NCBI GenBank assembly: GCA_965203515.1
Contig: OZ241907.1
Span: 3,104,001-3,168,000, forward strand
Origin: Spirochaetia bacterium
GTDB lineage: Bacteria > Spirochaetota > Spirochaetia > SZUA-6 > Bin103
DNA: 64,000 nucleotides
Direction: 5' to 3'
Shown: positions 27,486-37,287 of the stretch, in pieces
Position numbering within the stretch: the stretch's first letter is position 1
Layout: every line of letters starts with the position of its first letter
Position numbers and translations under genes: made by a program
The notes under the pieces: generated by a model
What the model saw: the letters and a program-made list of their open reading frames with translations, nothing else
Told to the model about the DNA's origin: nothing
Databases searched by the model: none

Positions 27486-28823
27486 GTGAAGCTGCGGGAG
27501 CTGGTAGCGGTCGAGCGGGTGGTGTTCCTGCGCAGCCGCGACAAGCGCGCCGCTCTGGCCGAGCTGGTGCAGGCGGCGGCGCGCTCCGGCGGGCCGCTCG
27601 ATGCGGAGGCGGTGGTCGCCGGACTGTGGCAACGGGAGGCGGCGCTCAGCTCGCGCATGTCCCACCGCATCGCGTTCCCGCACCTGCAGATTCCCGGCTT
27701 CGGGCGGACCCTGGTGGTGATCGGCCGGTCCCGCGACGGCGTCGACTACGACCAGGGCGAAGACGGGCGCGTCGTGTTGATCTTCCTGATCCTGGGCGAC
27801 TCGCTCGACCCGGACGGGCACGTGGCGCTGCTCGCCGACATCGCCGCGACGCTGCGCGACAGCGCCCTGGTCGGGCGGCTGCTGCAGGCCGACCGCCCGG
27901 AGACGGTCTACCGGCTGCTGGTCGGGCCGGACCCGGCGCCGAGCCGCGCCGGAGCCGACCGCATCTCCGCGCGCGTGCTGGTCCACGCGGGCGCGCTGGC
28001 CGCGGAGGTCGAGGCGAGCACGATCATCCTGCACGTGGACGAGGTGTCCCGCCCCATGGTGCGCGAGTTCGGCGCCGCCGGCGGCTTCGGCGCCGAGCGG
28101 CGCGTGATCCTGGCCAGTTCCCGGCCGGCGTCGGAGGCATCGCTGCCGGTCGGGTTCTCCGACCAGGTGCTGATCCCGTTCTCGGTCCCGTCGCGGTCGA
28201 CGCAGGTAGAGGTCGCCATCCTGCTGGCGCTGTCGCGCGGAGTGATCGACCACGCCGACCGCGTCGTCAGCGTCTTCGGGCTGCCGGAGGCCGGGGTGCT
28301 CGACACCGTCGTGGTCTCCGACGTCGGAGTGGAGTTCGAGACCTTCGCGTCCGTGGGCCGGCAGCGGCTGGCCGAGATGGCGCAACGGGGAGTGCTGGAG
28401 CGGGTGCTGCAGATCGGCCGCGAGCTCGCCACCCACGGGCGGGAGGGTCGGCCGGTCGGCGCGCTGTTCGTGGTGGGCGATCACGAGCGGGTGCTCGGCC
28501 ATTCCAGCCAGCTCGTGATGAATCCGTTTCGCGGCTACCCGGACGACGAACGGAACCTGCTCGACCCGGCGCTCGATGAGACGATCAAGGAATACGCGCT
28601 GATGGACGGCGCGTTCGTGGTCCGCCGCGACGGCGTGGTCGAGTCGGCGGGCACCTTCCTGGGCGCCCCGGCCTCGCCCGCGCAGACCCCCGGCCTGGGC
28701 GCCCGGCACGCGGCGGCGGCGGCGATCACGGCGGCCACCGACGCCCTGGGCATCGCCATCTCGGAGTCCTCCGGCGAGACCCGCATCTTCAAGAGCGGCC
28801 AACTCGTCCTCACCATCGGCTGA
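27486..28823 (+). CDS. PTS EIIA domain - diadenylate cyclase (DacZ-like) fusion
   Basis: EIIA: REAAL.S....IAFPH. DAC: GREG.PVGALF, NPF.G, IKEYA.MDGAF, GLGARH.AA, ISES.G. Confidence 0.85.
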   Translation: MKLRELVAVERVVFLRSRDKRAALAELVQAAARSGGPLDAEAVVAGLWQREAALSSRMSHRIAFPHLQIPGFGRTLVVIGRSRDGVDYDQGEDGRVVLIFLILGDSLDPDGHVALLADIAATLRDSALVGRLLQADRPETVYRLLVGPDPAPSRAGADRISARVLVHAGALAAEVEASTIILHVDEVSRPMVREFGAAGGFGAERRVILASSRPASEASLPVGFSDQVLIPFSVPSRSTQVEVAILLALSRGVIDHADRVVSVFGLPEAGVLDTVVVSDVGVEFETFASVGRQRLAEMAQRGVLERVLQIGRELATHGREGRPVGALFVVGDHERVLGHSSQLVMNPFRGYPDDERNLLDPALDETIKEYALMDGAFVVRRDGVVESAGTFLGAPASPAQTPGLGARHAAAAAITAATDALGIAISESSGETRIFKSGQLVLTIG

Positions 28824-28878
28824 TTGAGAGCGGCCGGCAGGAGAGGTCAGGCGACCGGCTCATCGGTGTCCCCGCCCG

Positions 28879-29355
28879 TTACGCGACGCCCTCCTTGGCG
28901 GTGTCCGGCGGCAGGTTACGGGCGCTCCAGAACATCCCTTCGATGACCCCTTCGACCTTCGACAGCCGGTCCCCGACACCGGTCAGCCGATCGGCGACCA
29001 GTCTGAAGCCCGCCGTCATTTCGTCTCGGAGCTGAGCGTCGCGCTCCTTCATTTCATCTCGGGCCTTGTCGAGCCGGGCTTCGAGCTTGATTACTTCGCC
29101 CCGGAGCCGGCCTTCACTCTCCCTCATTTCGTCCCGGAGCCCGTCGAACCTTGTGTCGAGCCGGCCTTCGAGCTCTTTCATCTCCCCGCTGAGCCGGCCG
29201 TCGAGCTTGTTCATCTCGCCGGTGAGCCGGCCGTCGAGCTTGCTCAGGTCCGTGCGGACCCTCTCCACGTCCTTGTGTATCCAGCGTGTCGAGCCGAACA
29301 TGCCGACGCCAAGGGCGACCGCCGCCCCGATGATCGCTAGCATCTCCCCGCTCAT
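28879..29355 (-). CDS. Membrane-anchored coiled-coil repeat protein
   Basis: GGAGG RBS, N-terminal hydrophobic segment, 11-aa repeats EMxxLDGRLxG. Confidence 0.8.
   Translation of the reverse strand: MSGEMLAIIGAAVALGVGMFGSTRWIHKDVERVRTDLSKLDGRLTGEMNKLDGRLSGEMKELEGRLDTRFDGLRDEMRESEGRLRGEVIKLEARLDKARDEMKERDAQLRDEMTAGFRLVADRLTGVGDRLSKVEGVIEGMFWSARNLPPDTAKEGVA
29071..29256. repeat. Five degenerate 33-bp coding tandem repeats with one 21-bp interruption
   Basis: Units starting GAGCCGG at 29071, 29104, 29158, 29191, 29224. Confidence 0.8.
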
Positions 29356-29564
29356 CTGCACCTCCCCGAGCGCCATCCATTCCCCTGTCCAATCCTACCG
29401 ATCGACCGCGGGGCCGTCATCACGCGGGGCGCTGCGCGCGCCCGTTCGGGGGATGGAACGCCCGTTAGCACCATAGACGCGCCGAGTGGCGCTGCCGCTT
29501 CAAAATGCAAGGGTTACAATGCCCTGACAAACGAAGTGATCGACGTCCGACAAGTCGTGAAGCG

Positions 29565-30443
29565 CTACGGCGGGCACTTGGCCGTCGTGGCCGCCCCAAC
29601 TTCCTCGGCCAGGGGTTTCGAAAGGTAGAGCGACTCGATCGTCACCGCGTTTCTGCCCAACAACGTCGCCTGCGACGAACGACCGGCTTCGATCCGCATC
29701 AACACGAGGTTCAAGGATTTCGGCAGCAATCGTCCGTAGGGCGTGTCTCCGACACGACCGTCGTAGCTGACGGCAAACCTGATCCCCCGATCATGCAGGC
29801 CGCTCAGCCCCGAACAGAATCGGTCGAACGTAACGCCCGATGCATAACGATGGTCTCGCGTTCCACTCACCCCCTGGTACGGAGGATCCAGGTAGACGAC
29901 GTCGCCGGTTTCGACAGAAGACAGGACCTCGAGGAAGTCGCGCGACGTGAACGTCGTCCGGCCGCGCAAGAGCGTGGATACCGACGTGATGTTGTCCCGC
30001 ATTCTGGCGGGATTCGTTCCGAGGCGGCGTTTGTCGGGGCTCTGATTGAAATCGCCGTCGCTGTTATAGCGGACGGAGCTCTTGACGCATCTTGCCAGCA
30101 GATACAAGAGCAGCCTGGGGTCGTGCGTGCGATTGAACCGATCTCGGACGGCATGATAGTGGCGCACGTGGTCGGCAGCGCGACCGCGCCAGATCGACCG
30201 ATAGTAGTCCGCTATCTCCTCCGGTCGGTCGACGATCAGCGACAGCAGCTCGGTCAGCGGTCGATTGGCGTCATTCAGCCAGTATTCGTCGCTCCTCGCT
30301 CGGCGGGCGCAGGCCAGAGAGACCGCGGCGGAGCCGGCAAACGGTTCGACCAGACGATTCATCCGGACCGGCAGGTAATCGAGAATTCGCGGCGCAAGCA
30401 GCCGTTTGCTACCCTGATATTGAAACGGCTGCGGGACGCTCAT
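29565..30443 (-). CDS. Dam/D12-class DNA adenine methyltransferase (orphan)
   Basis: P.P..YQGSKR.LA, VEPFAGSAA, YLLARCVK..VRYN..G.FNQSPD, VYLDPPYQG. Confidence 0.9.
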   Translation of the reverse strand: MSVPQPFQYQGSKRLLAPRILDYLPVRMNRLVEPFAGSAAVSLACARRARSDEYWLNDANRPLTELLSLIVDRPEEIADYYRSIWRGRAADHVRHYHAVRDRFNRTHDPRLLLYLLARCVKSSVRYNSDGDFNQSPDKRRLGTNPARMRDNITSVSTLLRGRTTFTSRDFLEVLSSVETGDVVYLDPPYQGVSGTRDHRYASGVTFDRFCSGLSGLHDRGIRFAVSYDGRVGDTPYGRLLPKSLNLVLMRIEAGRSSQATLLGRNAVTIESLYLSKPLAEEVGAATTAKCPP

Positions 30444-30462
30444 GGCGTGGCCGGAGGACCGT

Positions 30463-31761
30463 TCACGGGCGGGTGCGTTTGCGGTCACGGGGGAAGAGGG
30501 TGGCCTCCTTGACGTTTTCCAGGCCGAGCACCTTCTGCGTGAGGCGCTCAAGTCCAATGGCGAAGCCGCCGTGCGGCGGGCAGCCGTAGCGGAACACCTG
30601 CAGGTAGTCGGCCAGCGATTCGACCGACAGGCCGTTGGCCGTGATGCTTTCGGCCAGCAGGTCGTGCTGCTCGATGCGCCGCCCGCCCGTGGTGATCTCC
30701 ACGCCCCGGAACAGCAGGTCGAACGACATCGTCTTGCCGTTCGGCGCCGGATGCGTGTAGAAGGGCCGCTTGCGCCGCGGGTCGCCGTACACGAAGCACC
30801 CCTCGGTGCCGTGCTCGCGCTGCGCCCACGCGCACAGCTCGCGCTCCACCTCCGGCGAGACCTCGTAGACCCGCCGCCCCAACCGGTCGGAGGCGAGCCG
30901 GAGCGCCTGGTCGTGGTTCAGCCGCGGCAGCGCGTCGACCGCCGCCGCGTCCGGCACCGACGCGCCCCAGGCGGCAAGCTCCCGCCCGTTGCGCTCGGCG
31001 ATCGCCGCAAAGATCGTCTTGAGGATGCGCTGCTCCAGGTCCATCAGATCGTGCTCACTGTCGATGAAGGCCAGCTCCACGTCGAGCGACACGTACTCGT
31101 TCAGATGGCGCGGGGTGTCGTGCTTCTCGGCCCGATAGGCGTGACCGACCTCGAACACCCGCTCCAGCCCGGCCGCCACCATCGCCTGCTTGTAGAGCTG
31201 CGGCGATTGCGCCAGGAACACCTCGCGGTCGAAATAGCGCACCGCGAACAGCCCGGTGCCGCCCTCGGTGCCGGAGCCGATCAGCTTGGCGGTCTTGATC
31301 TCCGTGAACCCTTCGCCGCGCAGATGGCGGGCGAAGCTCTCCACGATCGTCGCCTGCACCCGGAAGACGTCGAGCAGCTTGGGGATGCGCAACGCCAGCA
31401 TGCGGTGGTCGAGCTGCGCGTCCAGCGACAGGTTCTCCGGCCGGCCGTTGACCGCCAACGGCAGGTCTCCGGCCGCCGCCGACAGTACGCGATGCTCCTG
31501 CACCTGCACCTCGAACCCGCCGGGCGCGCGCTCGTTGGCCTCCACCGTGCCGGTCGCGGTGATCACCGATTCCGCGGAGACGTCCACCGCGCCGGGGAAC
31601 ACGAGCTGGGCGACGCCGCTTCGGTCGCGCAGCAGCACGAACGCCACGCGGCCGAGCGAACGGACCCGGTGCACCCAGCCGGCGACCGTGACCACGGCGC
31701 CGCGCGCGTCTTCAAGATCGGCGACCAGCGTCCGGTCCGCCCATGCGCCTGCAGCCGCCAT
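30463..31761 (-). CDS. aspS: Aspartate--tRNA(Asp/Asn) ligase, non-discriminating archaeal type
   Basis: GWVH, F..LRDRSG, RAPGG.E, LAQSPQLYKQ, YRAEKH.T.RHLNE, PPHGG..IGLER; no GAD insertion. Confidence 0.92.
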   Translation of the reverse strand: MAAAGAWADRTLVADLEDARGAVVTVAGWVHRVRSLGRVAFVLLRDRSGVAQLVFPGAVDVSAESVITATGTVEANERAPGGFEVQVQEHRVLSAAAGDLPLAVNGRPENLSLDAQLDHRMLALRIPKLLDVFRVQATIVESFARHLRGEGFTEIKTAKLIGSGTEGGTGLFAVRYFDREVFLAQSPQLYKQAMVAAGLERVFEVGHAYRAEKHDTPRHLNEYVSLDVELAFIDSEHDLMDLEQRILKTIFAAIAERNGRELAAWGASVPDAAAVDALPRLNHDQALRLASDRLGRRVYEVSPEVERELCAWAQREHGTEGCFVYGDPRRKRPFYTHPAPNGKTMSFDLLFRGVEITTGGRRIEQHDLLAESITANGLSVESLADYLQVFRYGCPPHGGFAIGLERLTQKVLGLENVKEATLFPRDRKRTRP

Positions 31762-33203
31762 CACTCAGCTCCCACCCGCTCCTGCAGGATGCGGCGGAGC
31801 GGTTCCGGGGCCGCGCGGCCGCCGGTCCGCTTCATCACCTCGCCGATCAGGAAGCCGATCGGCCGCCGATCGCCGTTCCGCAACTGCGCGGCCGCCGCCG
31901 GGAACGCCGCCATCGCGGCATCGACGTACCGGTCCAGCTCCGCGGCGCCGGCGATCAGGCGCAGCCCCTGGCGCTCGACCACCTCGGCCGGATCCAGGTC
32001 ATCGTTCACCACCGACTCCAGCACCCCCTTGGCGATCTTGCCCGAGATCGCGCCCGACTCGATCAGCTGCAGCAGCTCGCTCAGCCGCTCCACCGTCAGC
32101 GGCGACTCCGCGATCGTCATGCCGGTGCGGTTCAACAGCCGGCGCACGTCGCCGGCGAGCCAGCGGGCCGCTTGCTGCGCGCCGGCGCCGGCGGCGACGG
32201 CCCGTTCGAACAGGTCGGCGGTCGCACGCTCGTCGCTCAGAAACTCGGCCTGCGCGCTGCTCAACCCGTGCTCGCGCGCCAGCCGGTCGCGCAGCGCGAG
32301 CGGCAGCTCCACCTGCGCGGTTTCGACCGAGGCCAGGAACGCCGCGTCCGGCCGCAACGGCGGCAGATCCGGCTCGGGAAAGTACCGGTAGTCGGAGTCC
32401 GACTCCTTCACCCGCATCGGCGTCGTCACGTCGCGGTTCTCGTTCCAATGGCGGGTCTCCACCGGCACCGGCCGGCCGGCCTGCAACTCCCGCCGCTGCC
32501 GGTCGAGCTCGAACTCGACGGCGCGGCCCACGAACTTGAACGAGTTGAGGTTCTTGATCTCCACCTTGCTGCCCAGGCCGGCGCCGGCGCGATTGACCGA
32601 CACGTTGGCGTCGCAACGGAGCGAACCCTCCTCCATGTTGCCGTCGCACACGCCCAGGTGGCGGACCACGCGGCGGAAGTATTGCAGGAAGGCGATCGCC
32701 TCGTCCCCGCTGCGCAGTTCCGGCGCGGTCACGATCTCTACCAGCGGCGTGCCCGAGCGGTTGAAGTCGAGCAGGGAGACATCGCCAGCGTGGATCATCT
32801 TGCCGGCGTCCTCCTCCAGATGCACCTCACGGATCGCCACCGGCCGGGGCGGCGACAGCGGCGCACGCAACGCGCCGCCGGCGCCGATCGGCGCCCCGTA
32901 CTGGGAGATCTGGTAGTTCTTGGGCAGGTCGGGATAGAAGTAGTTCTTGCGCTCGAACACCGCCTCGGCGCTGAGTTCGCACCCCATCGCCTGCGCCACC
33001 ACGTAGGCCATGCGCGCCGCCTCCCGGTTCAGCGCCGGCAGCACGCCCGGAAAGCCCAGGCAGATCGGACAGACGCGGGTGTTGGGCTCGCCGCCGAACG
33101 CGACCCGGCAGCCGCAGAACACCTTGGTGCGGGTGTCGAGCTGGATATGGACCTCCAGCCCTACGAAGACGTCGAACGCCCCTCGCTCCGCGGCCCCGCT
33201 CAT
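31761..33203 (-). CDS. gatB: Asp/Glu-tRNA amidotransferase subunit B
   Basis: GLEVH.QL, RKNYFYPDLPKNYQISQ, HLEEDAGK, LRCDANVS, YRYFPEPDL. Confidence 0.97.
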   Translation of the reverse strand: MSGAAERGAFDVFVGLEVHIQLDTRTKVFCGCRVAFGGEPNTRVCPICLGFPGVLPALNREAARMAYVVAQAMGCELSAEAVFERKNYFYPDLPKNYQISQYGAPIGAGGALRAPLSPPRPVAIREVHLEEDAGKMIHAGDVSLLDFNRSGTPLVEIVTAPELRSGDEAIAFLQYFRRVVRHLGVCDGNMEEGSLRCDANVSVNRAGAGLGSKVEIKNLNSFKFVGRAVEFELDRQRRELQAGRPVPVETRHWNENRDVTTPMRVKESDSDYRYFPEPDLPPLRPDAAFLASVETAQVELPLALRDRLAREHGLSSAQAEFLSDERATADLFERAVAAGAGAQQAARWLAGDVRRLLNRTGMTIAESPLTVERLSELLQLIESGAISGKIAKGVLESVVNDDLDPAEVVERQGLRLIAGAAELDRYVDAAMAAFPAAAAQLRNGDRRPIGFLIGEVMKRTGGRAAPEPLRRILQERVGAE

Positions 33204-34597
33204 CGCCAATCCTCCGCGTATCCTGCCGGACGAGCGGGTGGATGTTCGGCAGCGTAGCGGGCGGCGACGTCCAGCAGGAGCCGCTCCCCGAAGTTGGGTC
33301 CGATCAACTGCATGCCGATCGGCACGCGCGGCTGCGGAGTGGGGAAGCTCAACGCCGGCGCGCCGGCCAGGTTGGCCACGGTCGTGTACCGATCGGCGAC
33401 CTTCTGCTCGAACGGGTCGAGGCGAGCGCTGCCGCGCGCGAACGGCGGCACCGGGTAGACCGGCATGAGCAGCAGGTCGACCCGATCGAACAGGGCTGCC
33501 AGCTCGTCGCGCAACGCGGTGCGCACCCGCTGCGCGCGCAGGTAGTAGCGGTCGTGAAAGCCGGAGCGCAGGACGTAGGTGCCGGCCAGCACGCGCAGCT
33601 TTACCTCATCCCCGAATCCGTCGGAACGGGAGGCGACGATCGTCTCGTCGGCCGACTCGGCGGCGGCGCGCACCCCGTAGCGGACGCCGTCGAAGCGGGC
33701 CAGGTTGGCGCTGGCCTCGGCGCAGGAGATCACGTAGTAGGCGGCCGCGGCGTAGCGCAAGGCGGTGAGGTCCACGTCGACCATACGGTAGCCCAACTCG
33801 GCGAGCTGGCCGACCGCGGCGTCGAGCGCGGCCCGTACCTGCGGATCGCGCAGCTCCTGCCGGCACGCGCGCGGCACGCCGATCGTCCGGACCGCATCCC
33901 GGTCGGGCGAGCCGGCCACCGTCGACTGGTCGCGCTCGTCCGGCCCGGCGATCACTTCCAGCACCTGCCCGCACCGCGCCGGCGACTCGGCGATGATGCC
34001 GATCACCTCCAGCGAGGAGGCGTAGGAGACCAGGCCGAACCGGGAGACCACGCCGTAGGTCGGCTTCAGCCCGAACACGCCGCAGAAAGAGGCCGGCTGC
34101 CGGACCGACCCGCCCGTGTCCGACCCCAGGGCGAACGGCACGACGCCGGCCGCCACCGCGGCGGCCGAACCGCCGCTCGATCCGCCGGGAACCAGTTCCG
34201 TGTCCCAGGGGTTCGCGCAGCCGCCGTGCACCGAAGACTGCGTGTCGGAGCCCATGCCGAACTCGTCCAGATTGGTCTTGCCGGCGACGATCGCGCCGGC
34301 GTCCTGCAGCCGGCCGACGCAGGTGGCGCTGAATGGCGCCACGTGACCGCCGAGCAACGCGGACCCACAGCTCAGGGGCTGGCCGGCGACGGCGATGTTG
34401 TCCTTGACCGCGCACGGCACGCCCGCAAGCGGCCCGGCGGGCGCCGCGCCTGCGCCGCCGGCGCCTGCGCCGCTGGCCTCGTCCGCGAACGACGCGAAGG
34501 CGTTGATGCGCTCGTTCCATGCGCGCGCGTAGGCCAGCCAGCGGCCCCGTACGACCTCATCCGCGAATATCGCGCGCCAGCGCGCATCGTGAGACAT
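33200..34597 (-). CDS. gatA: Asp/Glu-tRNA amidotransferase subunit A
   Basis: VKDNI, GKTNLDEFGMGS, PGGSSGGSA, GSDTGGSVRQPA, NLARFDG.RYG. Confidence 0.96.
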   Translation of the reverse strand: MSHDARWRAIFADEVVRGRWLAYARAWNERINAFASFADEASGAGAGGAGAAPAGPLAGVPCAVKDNIAVAGQPLSCGSALLGGHVAPFSATCVGRLQDAGAIVAGKTNLDEFGMGSDTQSSVHGGCANPWDTELVPGGSSGGSAAAVAAGVVPFALGSDTGGSVRQPASFCGVFGLKPTYGVVSRFGLVSYASSLEVIGIIAESPARCGQVLEVIAGPDERDQSTVAGSPDRDAVRTIGVPRACRQELRDPQVRAALDAAVGQLAELGYRMVDVDLTALRYAAAAYYVISCAEASANLARFDGVRYGVRAAAESADETIVASRSDGFGDEVKLRVLAGTYVLRSGFHDRYYLRAQRVRTALRDELAALFDRVDLLLMPVYPVPPFARGSARLDPFEQKVADRYTTVANLAGAPALSFPTPQPRVPIGMQLIGPNFGERLLLDVAARYAAEHPPARPAGYAEDWR

Positions 34598-34620
34598 CCC
34601 GGGGCCCGCTCCGGCCGTCG

Positions 34621-34923
34621 CTACAGGACGTTGGGTACGACGATGAACCGCTCGTCGCGATCCGGCGCTGCCTGCACTGGGTCGTAGGCGGTCGGCAGCG
34701 TCGAGGCCTGATCGTCGCGCAGTCGCGTCCCGGACGACAGCGGGTGGGTCGTCGGCCGCAGATGGTCCACGTCCGCCTCCGCCAGCAGCGCGAAGTAGTC
34801 GACGATGCGCGACAACTCCGCCTCCAGCCGCGCGCGCTCGTGCGCGCCGACGCGCAGCCTTGCCATGGCGGCGGTCGCATCCAGGCTACCACCGGACTCT
34901 CGCTGACCCACCGCTCGAGTCAA
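34621..34923 (-). CDS. gatC: Asp/Glu-tRNA amidotransferase subunit C
   Basis: A.MARL, LRDD, F.VP..L; position upstream of gatA. Start uncertain. Confidence 0.85.
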   Translation of the reverse strand: MTRAVGQRESGGSLDATAAMARLRVGAHERARLEAELSRIVDYFALLAEADVDHLRPTTHPLSSGTRLRDDQASTLPTAYDPVQAAPDRDERFIVVPNVL

Positions 34924-35038
34924 GCATCATCCCTTGCCCCTGTCAACAGTTGCGCCGACGGCCGCGGCTCGGCCGCGCTTTTGACAGCAAGGCGGTCGCT
35001 CGTGGTACCATCGCGCGGCTTCACTCCCTGGGGTTCTT

Positions 35039-36511
35039 GTGCAGGCATCGGATATCGTGGACGCACCGGCTACGGAACAGACCCCGGTCGTGACCACCGC
35101 GCGGGAGCAGCTTCCGCGTCTCATCTACGACCATCAGGCGCTGGTCGACCTGTTCGACGCCACCTGGGAACTGATGCCCGGCTACTGGCGCCGCGGCGAA
35201 CCCGGCAGCGGCTTCGACCTGACGTTCTGCGATCCGGCGCAGGACCGCGTGAGCCAGGTGGCCGCCTGCTGCGCGACCTTCTCGCTGGTCTACTCGAACC
35301 GGGAGTTCCCGGTGGAGGCGCAGCTCGACGCGTTCTACGCCAAGCAGCAGCCGTGCGGGGCGATCCATGGCGAGTACAGCCTGGTGGACGGGCATCCGTT
35401 CCTGATCAAGAAGAACCCGCACGGCGTGCAGGCGCCGCTGTTCGCGTGGGCGGAGTACAACCTGTACCATCGCCTCGGCTCCAAGCGCCGCCTGCGCGAG
35501 GTGCTGCCGATCCTGGAACGGTACTTCCAGTGGATCAAGACGCACTTCCGGCGCGACAACGGCCTGCTGGCGGTGCCGCGCCAGGCGCTCGCCATGGGCA
35601 ACAGCCCGCGCGAGGGCACCTCCTACCCGGTCGACTTCAACGCGCAACAGGCGGCCAGTGCCGCGTTCATCTCCATGATCGGCGACGCCCTCAACGACAA
35701 GGAGGTCGCCTTTCGCTATAAGCGCGAGTACTTCGCCCTGAAGACGCGCATGCAGTCGCTGATGTGGAACGAAGAGAACTCGATCTACTACGACCTGGAC
35801 CGCTACGGACAGCAGCTCAAGGTCAAGACGATCGCGGCGTTCTGGACGCTGTTGGCCGAAATTCCGAGCGAGGACAAGGCGCGCCGGCTGATCGGCCATC
35901 TGACCAACCCGGCGACCTTCGGTCGCAACCATCCGTTCCCCAGCCTGGCCGCCGACGAACCGCTTTACGATCCGCGCGGCGGCGGCTATCGAGGGTCGGT
36001 GCTGCCGTTCGTGAACTACGCGATCATCAAGGGGCTGGAGCGCTACGGAAAGATCGACCTGGCGCGGGAGTTCGCGTTGCGCCACCTGTTCGCGATGCAC
36101 GACGTGCTGGTGCCGGAGAAGGGCGTGGGCGACCTGTGGGACGCCTACGCGCCGGAGCACGAGGCGGCCGCCAAGTGGCGCGGCAAGGGCGGCTTTCCGC
36201 GCAAGTCCTACCTGCCGTTCGTCGCCCTCTCCACGGTGGCGCTGGTGATCGAGAACGTGCTGGGGCTATCGATCTCGCTGCCGCGCAAGACGGTCGACTG
36301 GACGCTGCCGGTCATGGAGGGAATGGGGATCGAGAACCTGACCCTGAAGCGCAACCTGGTCTCGATCCGGACCCACCACAGCGAGCGCGGCTGGGAGGTG
36401 CGGCTGGAGTCCGAGAAGCTCTACTACCTGGCGATCCACGTCCTGGGCCGCCGGCGCAAGACGCTGCCGATCCCTTCCGGCAAGTGCGCGATCCTGGTCG
36501 ACAAGATCTGA
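35039..36511 (+). CDS. MGH1/GH63-trehalase-like glycoside hydrolase family protein
   Basis: PLFAWAE, M.NSPR, MW.E....YYD, KTIA.FW.L.A, YRG.V.P..NY..IKGL..YG. Confidence 0.75.
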   Translation: MQASDIVDAPATEQTPVVTTAREQLPRLIYDHQALVDLFDATWELMPGYWRRGEPGSGFDLTFCDPAQDRVSQVAACCATFSLVYSNREFPVEAQLDAFYAKQQPCGAIHGEYSLVDGHPFLIKKNPHGVQAPLFAWAEYNLYHRLGSKRRLREVLPILERYFQWIKTHFRRDNGLLAVPRQALAMGNSPREGTSYPVDFNAQQAASAAFISMIGDALNDKEVAFRYKREYFALKTRMQSLMWNEENSIYYDLDRYGQQLKVKTIAAFWTLLAEIPSEDKARRLIGHLTNPATFGRNHPFPSLAADEPLYDPRGGGYRGSVLPFVNYAIIKGLERYGKIDLAREFALRHLFAMHDVLVPEKGVGDLWDAYAPEHEAAAKWRGKGGFPRKSYLPFVALSTVALVIENVLGLSISLPRKTVDWTLPVMEGMGIENLTLKRNLVSIRTHHSERGWEVRLESEKLYYLAIHVLGRRRKTLPIPSGKCAILVDKI

Positions 36512-37284
36512 GCCGGCGGGCGGCCGATCTCAGCAAGCCTCCGTCTGGCTTCGGCATCGCCGTGATCGGCGGCAAGCCGGTAGTAGTGCAGCGCCTTGTC
36601 TCGGCGACCTTGTGCGAAGTGAGCATCTCCAATCGCACACTCCTCGAACGCCATTTCCTCGTGCGTAAGAGCACAATTTAAGGCCGATGTGTAGTATCTG
36701 ATCGCTGTATCATCTTCTTGTATCTTGTAATGGCAATTGCCCAGATTGTGCAGAATATAAGAACGATTGACATCGCCATACGCAGCGTTCTCTTCAAGCG
36801 CTTTTTCATAGCATCGCAGCGCATCATCAGGCCGATCAGCCGCCAGGTATGAGTTCCCTGCGTTGTAGTGAAGACTGTCCGTAGGCTCCGATAATTCGAC
36901 GTTCTCAAGGCTCTCATATACGCTGACCGCACGCTGGTATCGTTCTTTTCGATTGAGCGACTCGATCAGATTGGCAACGAGTGGAGCCTCGATATCAGAC
37001 CGACGCAAGATGCACCCGTCGAGCATCTCCTGAAAGGTATCGATACTTTGATCGACCATGCCAAGAATCATCTGCAGGTGGGCCAGTTTGAACGTAAGCT
37101 CCCTGTCATCGAGGGCCATGATATGCTCACTGAGAAGCCGCCATGCCTTGCCGGGGCGGTTTTCCTTCCTATATGAGGCCAATAGAACCTCGGCAAGCCG
37201 GTAGCCTGACCGCGAGCGCGCCATGCCCGCTCGTTTCATGCCGATGAACAGACGTTCCTGAACCGTTATCCGCAGCCCGCCCAT
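36424..37284 (-). CDS. Tetratricopeptide-repeat protein
   Basis: YNAGNSY....D.A..CYEKAL, HNLGNCHY......AI.YY..AL, IGDAH......AL.YY..A; visibly lower GC than neighbours. Start uncertain. Confidence 0.75.
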   Translation of the reverse strand: MGGLRITVQERLFIGMKRAGMARSRSGYRLAEVLLASYRKENRPGKAWRLLSEHIMALDDRELTFKLAHLQMILGMVDQSIDTFQEMLDGCILRRSDIEAPLVANLIESLNRKERYQRAVSVYESLENVELSEPTDSLHYNAGNSYLAADRPDDALRCYEKALEENAAYGDVNRSYILHNLGNCHYKIQEDDTAIRYYTSALNCALTHEEMAFEECAIGDAHFAQGRRDKALHYYRLAADHGDAEARRRLAEIGRPPAQILSTRIAHLPEGIGSVLRRRPRTWIAR

Positions 37285-37287
37285 AGA

